From an uncultured virus (IMG/VR IMGVR_UViG_3300027749_000050) (taxonomy: Duplodnaviria > Heunggongvirae > Uroviricota > Caudoviricetes): a stretch of 64,000 nucleotides of DNA. The number at the start of each line of letters is the position of its first letter. Positions within the stretch are counted from its first letter, which is position 1. Position numbers and translations under genes: made by a program. The DNA is taken from IMG/VR virus record IMGVR_UViG_3300027749_000050; one strand, written 5' to 3'. Below the pieces are notes generated by a model. That model was not told the DNA's origin. It ran no database searches and saw only the letters and a program-made list of their open reading frames with translations. Positions 24,977 through 33,292 of this stretch are shown here, piece after piece.

Positions 24977-25948
24977 ATGTTTAACACAAAAGATCTAGTA
25001 CATGATATAAAAGATGTACCAGTTACATGGATATTTGAACATTTCTGTGTACTTAAAGAAAAACTAAATGGACAAGATGTAAAGTTTAAATCTATATTTA
25101 ATCCTGGTGAACGTACACCTAGTATGTGTATTTATACTGATACTCACAATGTTTACAGGTATAAAGATTTCTCTACAGGTAAAGGTGGTAGTGCTATAGA
25201 TTTAGTAAAAGAAATGACACATCTATCATTTCATAAAACTTGTCAGTTTATTATAGAAACATATAATGATTTTGTTCTGCATAATAATGGAGGTTATGAC
25301 ATAGAAAAATTTCAAAGAGCATCTAAATATAGAGTGACTAGTTATAATATAAGAAACTGGAGTAGCCAAGATCAATATTTCTGGACACAGTTTAATATTG
25401 GATCTAAACTTCTTGATGCTCACATTGTGAAACCACTAGAAAGTTATTGTATGACCAAGGACGGTAATGAACTTTGTATAAAAGGACTTTATTTATATGG
25501 TTATTTCAAAGAAGATGGTACTCTCTATAAAATCTATCAGCCAAAGACTCTTGATAAAAAGTTTATTAAGGTGACTGATTACATCCAAGGCTGGGATCAA
25601 TTACAAAATCGTAAGCATTTACTAATTACATCTAGTCTTAAAGATATAATGTCTATTAAGTCACTCAAACTTGATCTAGATGTTATAGCTCCTGATAGTG
25701 AGAACACTATGCTTAAGAAAGATGTAATGGAAGAGCTTAAAAAAAAGTATGAAAAGATTATTGTAATGTTTGATTTTGACCAAGCAGGTATAGAATCTAT
25801 GAAATCTTACAAAGAAAAATATTCCTTTATAGAAATTACAGTGCTTCCTATGAGTAAGGATGTATCTGACTCAATTAAAGATTCAGGAGCTAAAGAAGTT
25901 CGTAACAGATTAGTTCCTATCTTAGATAAAAAATTAAGCAATGGCTAA
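24977..25948 (+). CDS. DNA primase (divergent DnaG/Toprim)
   Basis: ERTPSM...YKDFSTG.GG..ID.V N-terminal domain; Toprim ITSSLKD and FDFDQAG; SKDVSD. Confidence 0.85.
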   Translation: MFNTKDLVHDIKDVPVTWIFEHFCVLKEKLNGQDVKFKSIFNPGERTPSMCIYTDTHNVYRYKDFSTGKGGSAIDLVKEMTHLSFHKTCQFIIETYNDFVLHNNGGYDIEKFQRASKYRVTSYNIRNWSSQDQYFWTQFNIGSKLLDAHIVKPLESYCMTKDGNELCIKGLYLYGYFKEDGTLYKIYQPKTLDKKFIKVTDYIQGWDQLQNRKHLLITSSLKDIMSIKSLKLDLDVIAPDSENTMLKKDVMEELKKKYEKIIVMFDFDQAGIESMKSYKEKYSFIEITVLPMSKDVSDSIKDSGAKEVRNRLVPILDKKLSNG

Positions 25949-26324
25949 AAATAAACGAGTACTAACCCCAAAGACTAGAAATGCAGGCAGTTTAACAGAG
26001 TCTGCATTTTGGTCTTTTATACGTAGTGCTTTAAGACAGAAATCAAGATTTTGGAAACCTATTACACAATGTAAAATGAAAGCTCGTAGAACCTATAAAG
26101 GTCCTCTTAAGAGACAGAAATTTGAATATCAGTGTAAAGAGTGTTCTAATTGGTTTCCTGACAAGAAAATTAATGTTGACCACATAATACCAGCTGGTAC
26201 ATTAAGGTGTGCTAATGACCTCCCAGGCTTTGTAGAGAGGTTATTCTGTGAGGTGGATAATCTACAGGTGCTTTGTGAGACCTGCCACAATAAAAAAACA
26301 CAAGATGAAAAGTCCAAAAGATAA
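25941..26324 (+). CDS. HNH endonuclease
   Basis: CKEC...VDHI...NLQVLCETCHNKKT. Confidence 0.88.
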   Translation: MAKNKRVLTPKTRNAGSLTESAFWSFIRSALRQKSRFWKPITQCKMKARRTYKGPLKRQKFEYQCKECSNWFPDKKINVDHIIPAGTLRCANDLPGFVERLFCEVDNLQVLCETCHNKKTQDEKSKR

Positions 26325-26487
26325 ACAGGACCTTATAGAAATTGTAATGGATCAAATCAGATTAGATGTTCACTGTGGAGATTCAGAAGCCATAGAAGAA
26401 CTACTTGGGTTCTTACCTAATGTAAATTTAATAGAATATTTACCAGAAGAAGACTGGAAACAATTTAAACACTTAAGAAATGCCTAG
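26305..26487 (+). CDS. small hypothetical protein
   Basis: The ATG at 26305 is preferred over 26248, which overlaps the HNH gene extensively. Confidence 0.65.
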   Translation: MKSPKDKQDLIEIVMDQIRLDVHCGDSEAIEELLGFLPNVNLIEYLPEEDWKQFKHLRNA

Positions 26488-26689
26488 TTTACACGACACC
26501 CTAATGGGTAGAAAACTTATAGAAGGTACACTACCAGAAATTGCTAGACAATTAGAACGTATAGCAGATACTTTAGAAAAAAACCAGAAACCAGATCAAA
26601 CCAGAACATCATTTGAAACTTACATTAATAACTATCCTAATGATGCAGATTTAGGAAAAAAAATTAGACAATTATGGCAGACGAAATAA
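26480..26689 (+). CDS. small hypothetical protein
   Basis: 69 aa with a C-terminal YPNDADLGKKIR module. Confidence 0.7.
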   Translation: MPSLHDTLMGRKLIEGTLPEIARQLERIADTLEKNQKPDQTRTSFETYINNYPNDADLGKKIRQLWQTK

Positions 26690-26823
26690 AACAAGACATG
26701 GAACCTGAGTTAACATTAAAGCTCGTTATAGAATTCCTTGAATATGAGGAAGCACTGACAACAGATAAAGCAACAGCATCAAGAATTAGAACACTTTTAA
26801 AAATTATGAAAGTATGGAACTAG
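26674..26823 (+). CDS. 49-aa protein (not in ORF track)
   Basis: MADEIKQDMEPEL...KVWN* fills the gap with overlaps on both sides. Confidence 0.6.
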   Translation: MADEIKQDMEPELTLKLVIEFLEYEEALTTDKATASRIRTLLKIMKVWN

Positions 26824-27842
26824 AAGATATTATGCAAGAATCTATAGAAATAATGGAAAAAGACTTTTATAGCAAACCCTTTAATTTTTCTTATAGTAGC
26901 TTAAACAAATTATTATGGAACCCACAGGCTTTCTATCAAATGTATGTCCTTGGTAACAGAGAAGAGAAAACAGAAAGCTATCTAGTTAATGGTAAAATTA
27001 TACATGCTCTCCTACTAGAAGCAGATAAGTTTAATGATCAGTTTATAGTAAGCCCTGCTAATCTACCCACTGGAAATACAAGAACTGTTATAGACAGAGT
27101 GTTTAGTCATGCTACAGAACTACATGCTAATGGTGATCAAAGAACAGAGTTGACAGAATTTAGTGATGCTGTATTAGATGTTTTAAAAGATATTAATTTA
27201 CATCAGGCACTAAAAACAGACCAGCAGAGAATAGATAAGATGTATACATCTGAAGCTATGAACTATTGGGACTTTCTTAAATCTAAGGGTAACAAAACTC
27301 TTATAGATCAAGACAACTATGACTTCTGTAAAACAGGTGTGGATCTTATTAAGATGAATAAACAAGTTTGTGACTTATTAGGATGTAATACTAATGATTT
27401 TAGCAATAAGGAAATCTTTAATGAATTACCTATAGAATGTAATATTAATAGTAAATCTTTTGGTCTTAAAGGAATTGTGGATAATTTGGTAATAGATCAT
27501 GATAAGAGAATAATCTTTATAAATGATATTAAAACCACCAGTAAAGATCTTAAAGATTTCCACGAATCTATAGATTTTTATAATTATTGGATGCAAGCTG
27601 CAATTTATTCTACAATTATTGCAATAAAATTCATAAATTTAATTGATAGTGGATACCAACTGAAGTTTCACTTTGTTGTAATAGACAAAGCTTACCAAGT
27701 GTATCCTTTCCCAGTTAGTGACAATACAATGAATACCTGGTTTGGTAAGTTAACAGATGTATTAGAAAAAGCTAACTGGCATTATACAAATAAGAATTAT
27801 GAATTACCTTATGATTTTGCAACAGGTAATGTAGTTCTATAA
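26814..27842 (+). CDS. PD-(D/E)XK exonuclease (RecE/ExoVIII-like)
   Basis: FSYSSL, GKIIH, KGIVDNL...INDIKTT and Y.YWMQAAIY motifs. Confidence 0.85.
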   Translation: MELEDIMQESIEIMEKDFYSKPFNFSYSSLNKLLWNPQAFYQMYVLGNREEKTESYLVNGKIIHALLLEADKFNDQFIVSPANLPTGNTRTVIDRVFSHATELHANGDQRTELTEFSDAVLDVLKDINLHQALKTDQQRIDKMYTSEAMNYWDFLKSKGNKTLIDQDNYDFCKTGVDLIKMNKQVCDLLGCNTNDFSNKEIFNELPIECNINSKSFGLKGIVDNLVIDHDKRIIFINDIKTTSKDLKDFHESIDFYNYWMQAAIYSTIIAIKFINLIDSGYQLKFHFVVIDKAYQVYPFPVSDNTMNTWFGKLTDVLEKANWHYTNKNYELPYDFATGNVVL

Positions 27843-27853
27843 AGAAATTTAAA

Positions 27854-28414
27854 ATGATAGATAAACTCTATGGAAAATACTTTCAGAAATCTAGATCGTT
27901 TCTATATCCTGCATTAGGTATAAAACGTACAAGCTCCACTATGCCTTCTGGTACTTATATATCAATCACTGATAAAATAGAACCAGAAGATATAAGACTT
28001 ATATGTATTTTTCAACAAACAGATATTGAAGAATTTAAAGTGTTTGAAGAACAAATGCTTTTGAGTAATCCTCTGTTTGTTGAAAAAATACCTCTAAAAG
28101 ACTATAATCTGTATGTGTTTGACTTAGAGATATATCAAGCTGATTATTTTAATTTTCTTCTTGGTAAATATTCTAAATTATCAGCTCATCTAAAAAGAGC
28201 TATTAAAAACTATTATGGTGAAAAGTCAGCAGAATATAAGTATATAGAAACGTATCTACATCCTGAAAAATATTTTGAAGTGTATGCAAAACTACTAGAC
28301 ATTGATGTTGAAATATTAAAAAAATCTGGAGAATTATGTAATCCATGTGACTTAGATAAAGAAACATTAAAAATTCCTAAGGAAGATTTGGAAATACTAA
28401 ATAAAATATCGTAG
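27854..28414 (+). CDS. hypothetical phage protein
   Basis: 186-aa ORF in the replication operon. Confidence 0.8.
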   Translation: MIDKLYGKYFQKSRSFLYPALGIKRTSSTMPSGTYISITDKIEPEDIRLICIFQQTDIEEFKVFEEQMLLSNPLFVEKIPLKDYNLYVFDLEIYQADYFNFLLGKYSKLSAHLKRAIKNYYGEKSAEYKYIETYLHPEKYFEVYAKLLDIDVEILKKSGELCNPCDLDKETLKIPKEDLEILNKIS

Positions 28415-28419
28415 GTTTG
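28387..28419 (+). promoter_or_regulatory. canonical Bacteroidota sigma-A promoter
   Basis: TTTG (28387-28390), N21, TAGGTTTG (28412-28419), 16 nt before the ATG at 28436. Confidence 0.75.
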
Positions 28420-28435
28420 TAAAAAAAAATCAAGT

Positions 28436-28843
28436 ATGAACAACACAATGTTATTAATCACATCTAGCTGGGGAGAAAAAAAGACTTTTAAACTTATCCC
28501 AGCAAGCAAAGAAGCTGTCTATAATGAAGCTATCTTTGATATTGATGCTAAAGTATTAGCACTTATTGGTAAAGAGAAAAAAGATACTATGCACATGTTA
28601 ACCAAACTTAATGAATGGGGAGATCCTGTTAGTATGAAGATTGGTAAAAGATCTAATGGTAAAGACTATGCTGAAGAACGTAAAACTATAGAGACTTTCT
28701 ATGAGTATTATATTGAGGATATTAAAGAAATAGAAAATTTTGTTAAGTCAGTAGCAATAAATGCTAAAGATTTTGATATCAAACCTTTCTTGGAATCTAA
28801 AGAAAAACCTCAAGTTGCTCCAAAAAATATTATAACTGCATAG
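28436..28843 (+). CDS. hypothetical protein
   Basis: 135-aa ORF with its own promoter and a downstream terminator. Confidence 0.8.
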   Translation: MNNTMLLITSSWGEKKTFKLIPASKEAVYNEAIFDIDAKVLALIGKEKKDTMHMLTKLNEWGDPVSMKIGKRSNGKDYAEERKTIETFYEYYIEDIKEIENFVKSVAINAKDFDIKPFLESKEKPQVAPKNIITA

Positions 28844-28869
28844 GGTTATGTTTATAATTACCAAAATTT

Positions 28870-28892
28870 AGCAGACATTGTCTGCTTTTTTT
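28870..28892 (+). terminator. intrinsic terminator
   Basis: AGCAGAC/GTCTGCT followed by a T tract. Confidence 0.75.
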
Positions 28893-28931
28893 GGCTCTAA
28901 AGGGGAAACAGCTTAACTGAATATTATAAAA

Positions 28932-30860
28932 ATGGATAAACCACACTGGGTAATGGACTATGAAACTATTTGCAATTGTTTTATTGCAGTGTTTCAACAT
29001 TACAAAACAGAAGAAACTAAAGTGTTCGTTGTTCACGAACAGAGAACAGACTTTCCTGAGCTTATAAAATTTCTTAATGATTGTGTAACTAAAAATCAAT
29101 GGCATATATCCTATAATGGATTATCATTTGATGCTCAGATTACACAGAAGTTATTATTAAATCAAAAAGCTCTTTTAAAGCTTGATACTCAGGCACTTGT
29201 AACTTACATCTATGCTTATGCACAAACTGTTATTGAAAAATCTAATAAAGGAGACTTTGCTGAGTTTGCCCCGTATAAGTTAAAAATCAAACAGATTGAT
29301 TTATTTAAGCTTAATCATTGGGATAACAAAGCAAAGATGTCTAGCCTTAAATGGATACAGTATTCTATGGACTGGCAGAATGTAGAAGACATGCCTCATA
29401 AACATAATGAACCAGTCACAGATAGTGACACGTTAGATTCTGTTATAAGTTATTGTATTAATGATGTTACATCTACCAAGCAAATATTTAATCATTCTAA
29501 AGAACAGATTCAGCTTAGGCAAAATCTTAGTAAAGAATATGGAATTGATTTATATTCTGCATCAGAACCAAGAATATCTAAAGAACTATTTCTTTATTTT
29601 CTTGAACAGAAAACAGGTCTTTCTAAGACACATCTTAAAACTCTCAGAACTCCAAGAGATTATATTGTACTTGCTGATTGTATCCTACCATATATTAAGT
29701 TTGAAACAGAACAGTTTAATAAAGTGCTAGACTATTTCCGTACTAAGGTGATTACATCTACTAAAGACGGATTTAAATATACACTTGATTATAAAAGTGT
29801 AAAAACTGATTATGGACTAGGTGGTATTCATGGTACAATTAGTTCTGGTATTTATGAAGCTAAACCAGGCTGGACAATAATGACGTCTGACGTTACTAGT
29901 TTCTATCCTAATCTAGCTATCAAGAATAACTTTGCTCCTGCTCATCTACCACAGAAAGAGTTTGGACAATTGTATGAGTGGTTCTTTGAAGAAAGAAAGA
30001 AGATACCTAAGACAGATCCTAAGAACTATGTATTTAAGATTATCCTAAATTCTACTTATGGACTTACAGGTGACGAGAATAGTTTTCTGTATGATCCTAA
30101 AATGACTATGCAGATTACTATCAATGGTCAGCTATTATTATCAAAACTTGCAGAAATGTTAAGTTTGGCTATTCCAGAAGGTCAGCCTCTTATGTTAAAT
30201 ACAGATGGCTTAGAGATAATGATACCTAATGATAAGGTGGAGTTGTATCTAGATATATGTAAACAATGGGAAGATCTTACACAGCTGGCTCTTGAGCATG
30301 ATGAATATTCTAAGATGATCATCCGTGATGTAAATAATTACATGGCCGTATCTAAGAATGGTAAAGTTAAAAGTAAAGGTGCATTTGAATGGGAAGACTT
30401 AGCTAAAAAGAAAGTGGCTACATTCCATAAGAATAAAAGCTTTCTTATTATACCTAAAGCCATCTATGCATTCTTTGTAAATAATACTAAACCTGAAGAT
30501 TTCTTAGATGCTAATACAGACATCTTTGATTATTGTGGAGCTGTTAAAGCTAAAGCTGGATGGAAATTTGTAGACAGACAACTTGTAAAAGGAGATGTTA
30601 TAAATACTAAACAGCAAAAGATTGTTAGATATTATATATCTAATGAAGGAGGAAAGTTAGTTAAGTGTCATAATGATGGAAGAGAAATACAAGTGGAGTC
30701 TGGTGAATGGCTACAAACTGTAGTTAATAAACTAGATGCAAATGTTTCTTTCAATAGTTATGATATTAACAAGAAGTATTATTTAGAAGAGATATACAAA
30801 CAAATAGAGCAGATTCAAGAACTAACATTCAAATCTGCAAAACAATTATCATTATTTTAA
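28932..30860 (+). CDS. polB: family B DNA polymerase
   Basis: Exonuclease motifs DYET, YNG..FD and YC.ND; polymerase motifs SDVTSFYP, KIILNSTYG and NTDG. Confidence 0.95.
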   Translation: MDKPHWVMDYETICNCFIAVFQHYKTEETKVFVVHEQRTDFPELIKFLNDCVTKNQWHISYNGLSFDAQITQKLLLNQKALLKLDTQALVTYIYAYAQTVIEKSNKGDFAEFAPYKLKIKQIDLFKLNHWDNKAKMSSLKWIQYSMDWQNVEDMPHKHNEPVTDSDTLDSVISYCINDVTSTKQIFNHSKEQIQLRQNLSKEYGIDLYSASEPRISKELFLYFLEQKTGLSKTHLKTLRTPRDYIVLADCILPYIKFETEQFNKVLDYFRTKVITSTKDGFKYTLDYKSVKTDYGLGGIHGTISSGIYEAKPGWTIMTSDVTSFYPNLAIKNNFAPAHLPQKEFGQLYEWFFEERKKIPKTDPKNYVFKIILNSTYGLTGDENSFLYDPKMTMQITINGQLLLSKLAEMLSLAIPEGQPLMLNTDGLEIMIPNDKVELYLDICKQWEDLTQLALEHDEYSKMIIRDVNNYMAVSKNGKVKSKGAFEWEDLAKKKVATFHKNKSFLIIPKAIYAFFVNNTKPEDFLDANTDIFDYCGAVKAKAGWKFVDRQLVKGDVINTKQQKIVRYYISNEGGKLVKCHNDGREIQVESGEWLQTVVNKLDANVSFNSYDINKKYYLEEIYKQIEQIQELTFKSAKQLSLF

Positions 30861-30869
30861 ACCAACAAT

Positions 30870-31721
30870 ATGCCAAGTAAAATACCGTTCTACTCAGAAC
30901 AAGAATTAAGAAATGCTAGTCTTCCAAATCATGGGGGACGTTATGCCGTAGTAGCACACGGTGATGTTATAGACAATGCAAAGAACCAGATATTAAATTC
31001 TGGATTTAGTATTAATAAAACAGAATATAGAATGAGCAATGATGGTAATATTGCTCAAGGAGTTTATCATCTAGACTATGCAAATGATCCTGATATGGGA
31101 ATGATGTTTGCATGGAGTAATAGTTACAACAAAACTATGAGATTTAAATGTGCTGTAGGTGGGTATGTGTTTATATGTATGAATGGTGTAGTGAGTGGAA
31201 ACATGGGTAATTATTCCAGGAAACATTCTGGTACAGCTTTGCAGGATGTAATAAATGAAATCACTCATCAGATAGCTCATGCTAAAGAACACTATGATGT
31301 ACTTTTACAAGATAAACAAATGCTTAAGAATGTTCTACTTAGTCCTAGAGATAAAGGTAAAATATTAGGTGAGCTATTTGCTAATGATGAAATTCTCACT
31401 CTTACACAAGTGGGTATAGTTAAACGTGAACTTGATAAACCAAGTCACAACTATAACTCAGATGTAAATTCTGCATGGACTATGTATAATCATATTACAC
31501 TTGCTCTAAAAGAATCTCATCCTAGTAGTTATATGAAAGATCATCAAAGAGTACATGGATATTTTGTTAATGAATTTGGTCAGTTGGTTACTACCACTAA
31601 CCAACTAGTTGATCCTATAGATGAGGAAGATGAAGATGATGTAAGAGAAAATCTTATTGTTAGCCCAGCAGGTTCTGACTATGATGTAGATATGAATGCA
31701 TATGGAGTAAATTTTCTCTAA
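30870..31721 (+). CDS. DUF932/DUF945-like protein
   Basis: NSYNKT......G..VFICMNG......Y.RKH and SAWTMYN.IT.ALK motifs. Confidence 0.7.
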   Translation: MPSKIPFYSEQELRNASLPNHGGRYAVVAHGDVIDNAKNQILNSGFSINKTEYRMSNDGNIAQGVYHLDYANDPDMGMMFAWSNSYNKTMRFKCAVGGYVFICMNGVVSGNMGNYSRKHSGTALQDVINEITHQIAHAKEHYDVLLQDKQMLKNVLLSPRDKGKILGELFANDEILTLTQVGIVKRELDKPSHNYNSDVNSAWTMYNHITLALKESHPSSYMKDHQRVHGYFVNEFGQLVTTTNQLVDPIDEEDEDDVRENLIVSPAGSDYDVDMNAYGVNFL

Positions 31722-31735
31722 CCCAAAAACCAACA

Positions 31736-31770
31736 GGAGGTGGCTACACTATGTAGTCATCTCCATTTTT
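31736..31770 (+). terminator. intrinsic terminator
   Basis: GGAGGTGGCTACA/TGTAGTCATCTCC followed by a T tract. Confidence 0.8.
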
Positions 31771-31773
31771 ATT

Positions 31774-31863
31774 ATGGAATACAAAAGAAAAAACACACTA
31801 AAAGGATGGATATATCACATCTGGTTAGTAATTTTGTCAATAACTAAAAAATCTATAAAATGA
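31774..31863 (+). CDS. 29-aa peptide (not in ORF track)
   Basis: MEYKRKNTLKGWIYHIWLVILSITKKSIK*, ATGA-coupled to 31860. Confidence 0.45.
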   Translation: MEYKRKNTLKGWIYHIWLVILSITKKSIK

Positions 31864-32567
31864 TAATCGGAATTTCAGGATACTCTGGATCTGGTAAAGA
31901 CACTGTAGGAATGATTATACAGTATTTAAATTGTACTAACAAAGGTGAATTAACCATAGAAGATGTATGTAAAGATTATAAGGATCATGAATGGTGGTTA
32001 GAAGACCAGTCTAGTTGGGAAATAAGAAAGTTTGCAGGTAAGCTTAAAGATATAGCTTCTCATCTTACAGGTATAGATATAGAAAAGTTTGAAGACCAAG
32101 AATTTAAAAAAACTTTATTAGGTCCTGAATGGGGAACAGTTGAACATAACCCATTAAACAATATACCTGTATTTGAAGATGTTCAATTTAATAGTTTAAT
32201 GTCTGTAAGAGACTTTCTACAGAAGCTTGGTACAGATGCTCTTAGAATGGGATTACATGATAATGTATGGGTGAATGCTCTTATGGCTGATTATCAACCA
32301 TTGGACTTTGATTCATTAACAGAAGCTGAAATAATGCCTAATTGGGTTATCACTGACACTAGATTTCCTAATGAAGCTAAAGCTATCAAAGATAAAGGAG
32401 GAATAATCATTCGTATAGATAAACCAGGTGTTAAACCTATTAATGATCATCCTTCTGAAATAGGACTTGATGGTTGGAATTTTGACTATAAGATAGCTAA
32501 TGTATCCGGTATATTTGAACTAAAAGAAGCTGTTCAAGATATTTTAAAACATGCCAAATTATTATGA
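31860..32567 (+). CDS. deoxynucleoside monophosphate kinase
   Basis: IIGISGYSGSGKDT, FAGKLK, R.FLQKLGTD, ITDTRFPNE and HPSE motifs. Confidence 0.9.
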   Translation: MIIGISGYSGSGKDTVGMIIQYLNCTNKGELTIEDVCKDYKDHEWWLEDQSSWEIRKFAGKLKDIASHLTGIDIEKFEDQEFKKTLLGPEWGTVEHNPLNNIPVFEDVQFNSLMSVRDFLQKLGTDALRMGLHDNVWVNALMADYQPLDFDSLTEAEIMPNWVITDTRFPNEAKAIKDKGGIIIRIDKPGVKPINDHPSEIGLDGWNFDYKIANVSGIFELKEAVQDILKHAKLL

Positions 32568-33091
32568 AACCAACACCATTAAGCAGAGACTTCTTACTCA
32601 ATAGAGGTTTCTGCTGTCATAATGGTTGTAAAAATTGTCCTTATATGGAAAAGAATAAATTAAAAACAGCACTCTATTTAGACGATGTAAGAACACCTAT
32701 AGAAACTATACGTGGGTATCACCCATGGAAGGTAGTTAGAAACTACGATGAGTTTGAAAAATGGATAATTGAGAATGGTGTACCAGACTTAGTATCTTTT
32801 GATCATGACTTAGCAGATGAGCATAGTAATGACTATTTTAACCAAGTGGCACAACAGGGGTATCAACATCCTAACTATGAGTCTTATAAAGAAAAGACTG
32901 GTGTAGACTGTGCTAACTTCTTAGTAGAGTATTGCCAGAAAATGAAATTAGATTTAAAACAATGTTGTGTACACTCACATAATCCTGTGGGTGCTAAGAA
33001 CATTCAAGACTTTCTCAATGGGTTTAAAAAACACATGGGACAGGAACAGGATTGTTTCTTAATGAAACATCCATTTGAAATTAAAAAATAA
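32564..33091 (+). CDS. DUF5522-like Cys motif fused to a cyclic-phosphate-processing receiver domain
   Basis: N-terminal RGFCCHNGCKNCPY; then LYLDDVR, VRNYDEF, SFDHDL, TG.DCA and VHSHNP.G. Confidence 0.75.
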   Translation: MKPTPLSRDFLLNRGFCCHNGCKNCPYMEKNKLKTALYLDDVRTPIETIRGYHPWKVVRNYDEFEKWIIENGVPDLVSFDHDLADEHSNDYFNQVAQQGYQHPNYESYKEKTGVDCANFLVEYCQKMKLDLKQCCVHSHNPVGAKNIQDFLNGFKKHMGQEQDCFLMKHPFEIKK

Positions 33092-33096
33092 CAATT

Positions 33097-33279
33097 ATGA
33101 TAAAAGGCAATTTTGAATTTGAATTTTTAAGTCCTTCTAGATGTGTATTAGGTATATCTTACACTAAAGGAGTTATGCATGAACAAGATGGAATAGATAA
33201 AGACTTCCATGAAATATTATTAGGGTTTATCTTTTTTAATATAAGCTTGTTAATTACAAAAGTAAAAGAGGGAAATTAA
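33097..33279 (+). CDS. small hypothetical protein
   Basis: 60-aa ORF, last of the + strand block. Confidence 0.65.
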   Translation: MIKGNFEFEFLSPSRCVLGISYTKGVMHEQDGIDKDFHEILLGFIFFNISLLITKVKEGN

Positions 33280-33292
33280 TCCCTCTTTTACT
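33261..33292. terminator. bidirectional terminator at the main strand switch
   Basis: Perfect 13-bp inverted repeat AGTAAAAGAGGGA/TCCCTCTTTTACT overlapping both convergent stop codons. Confidence 0.88.

Noticed and set aside
28932..30860. Intron or intein in PolB (also checked DnaB and vRNAP motifs)
   Set aside because: PolB and DnaB are continuous with ordinary lengths, and no intein or homing-endonuclease motifs were recognised by eye in any of the three.
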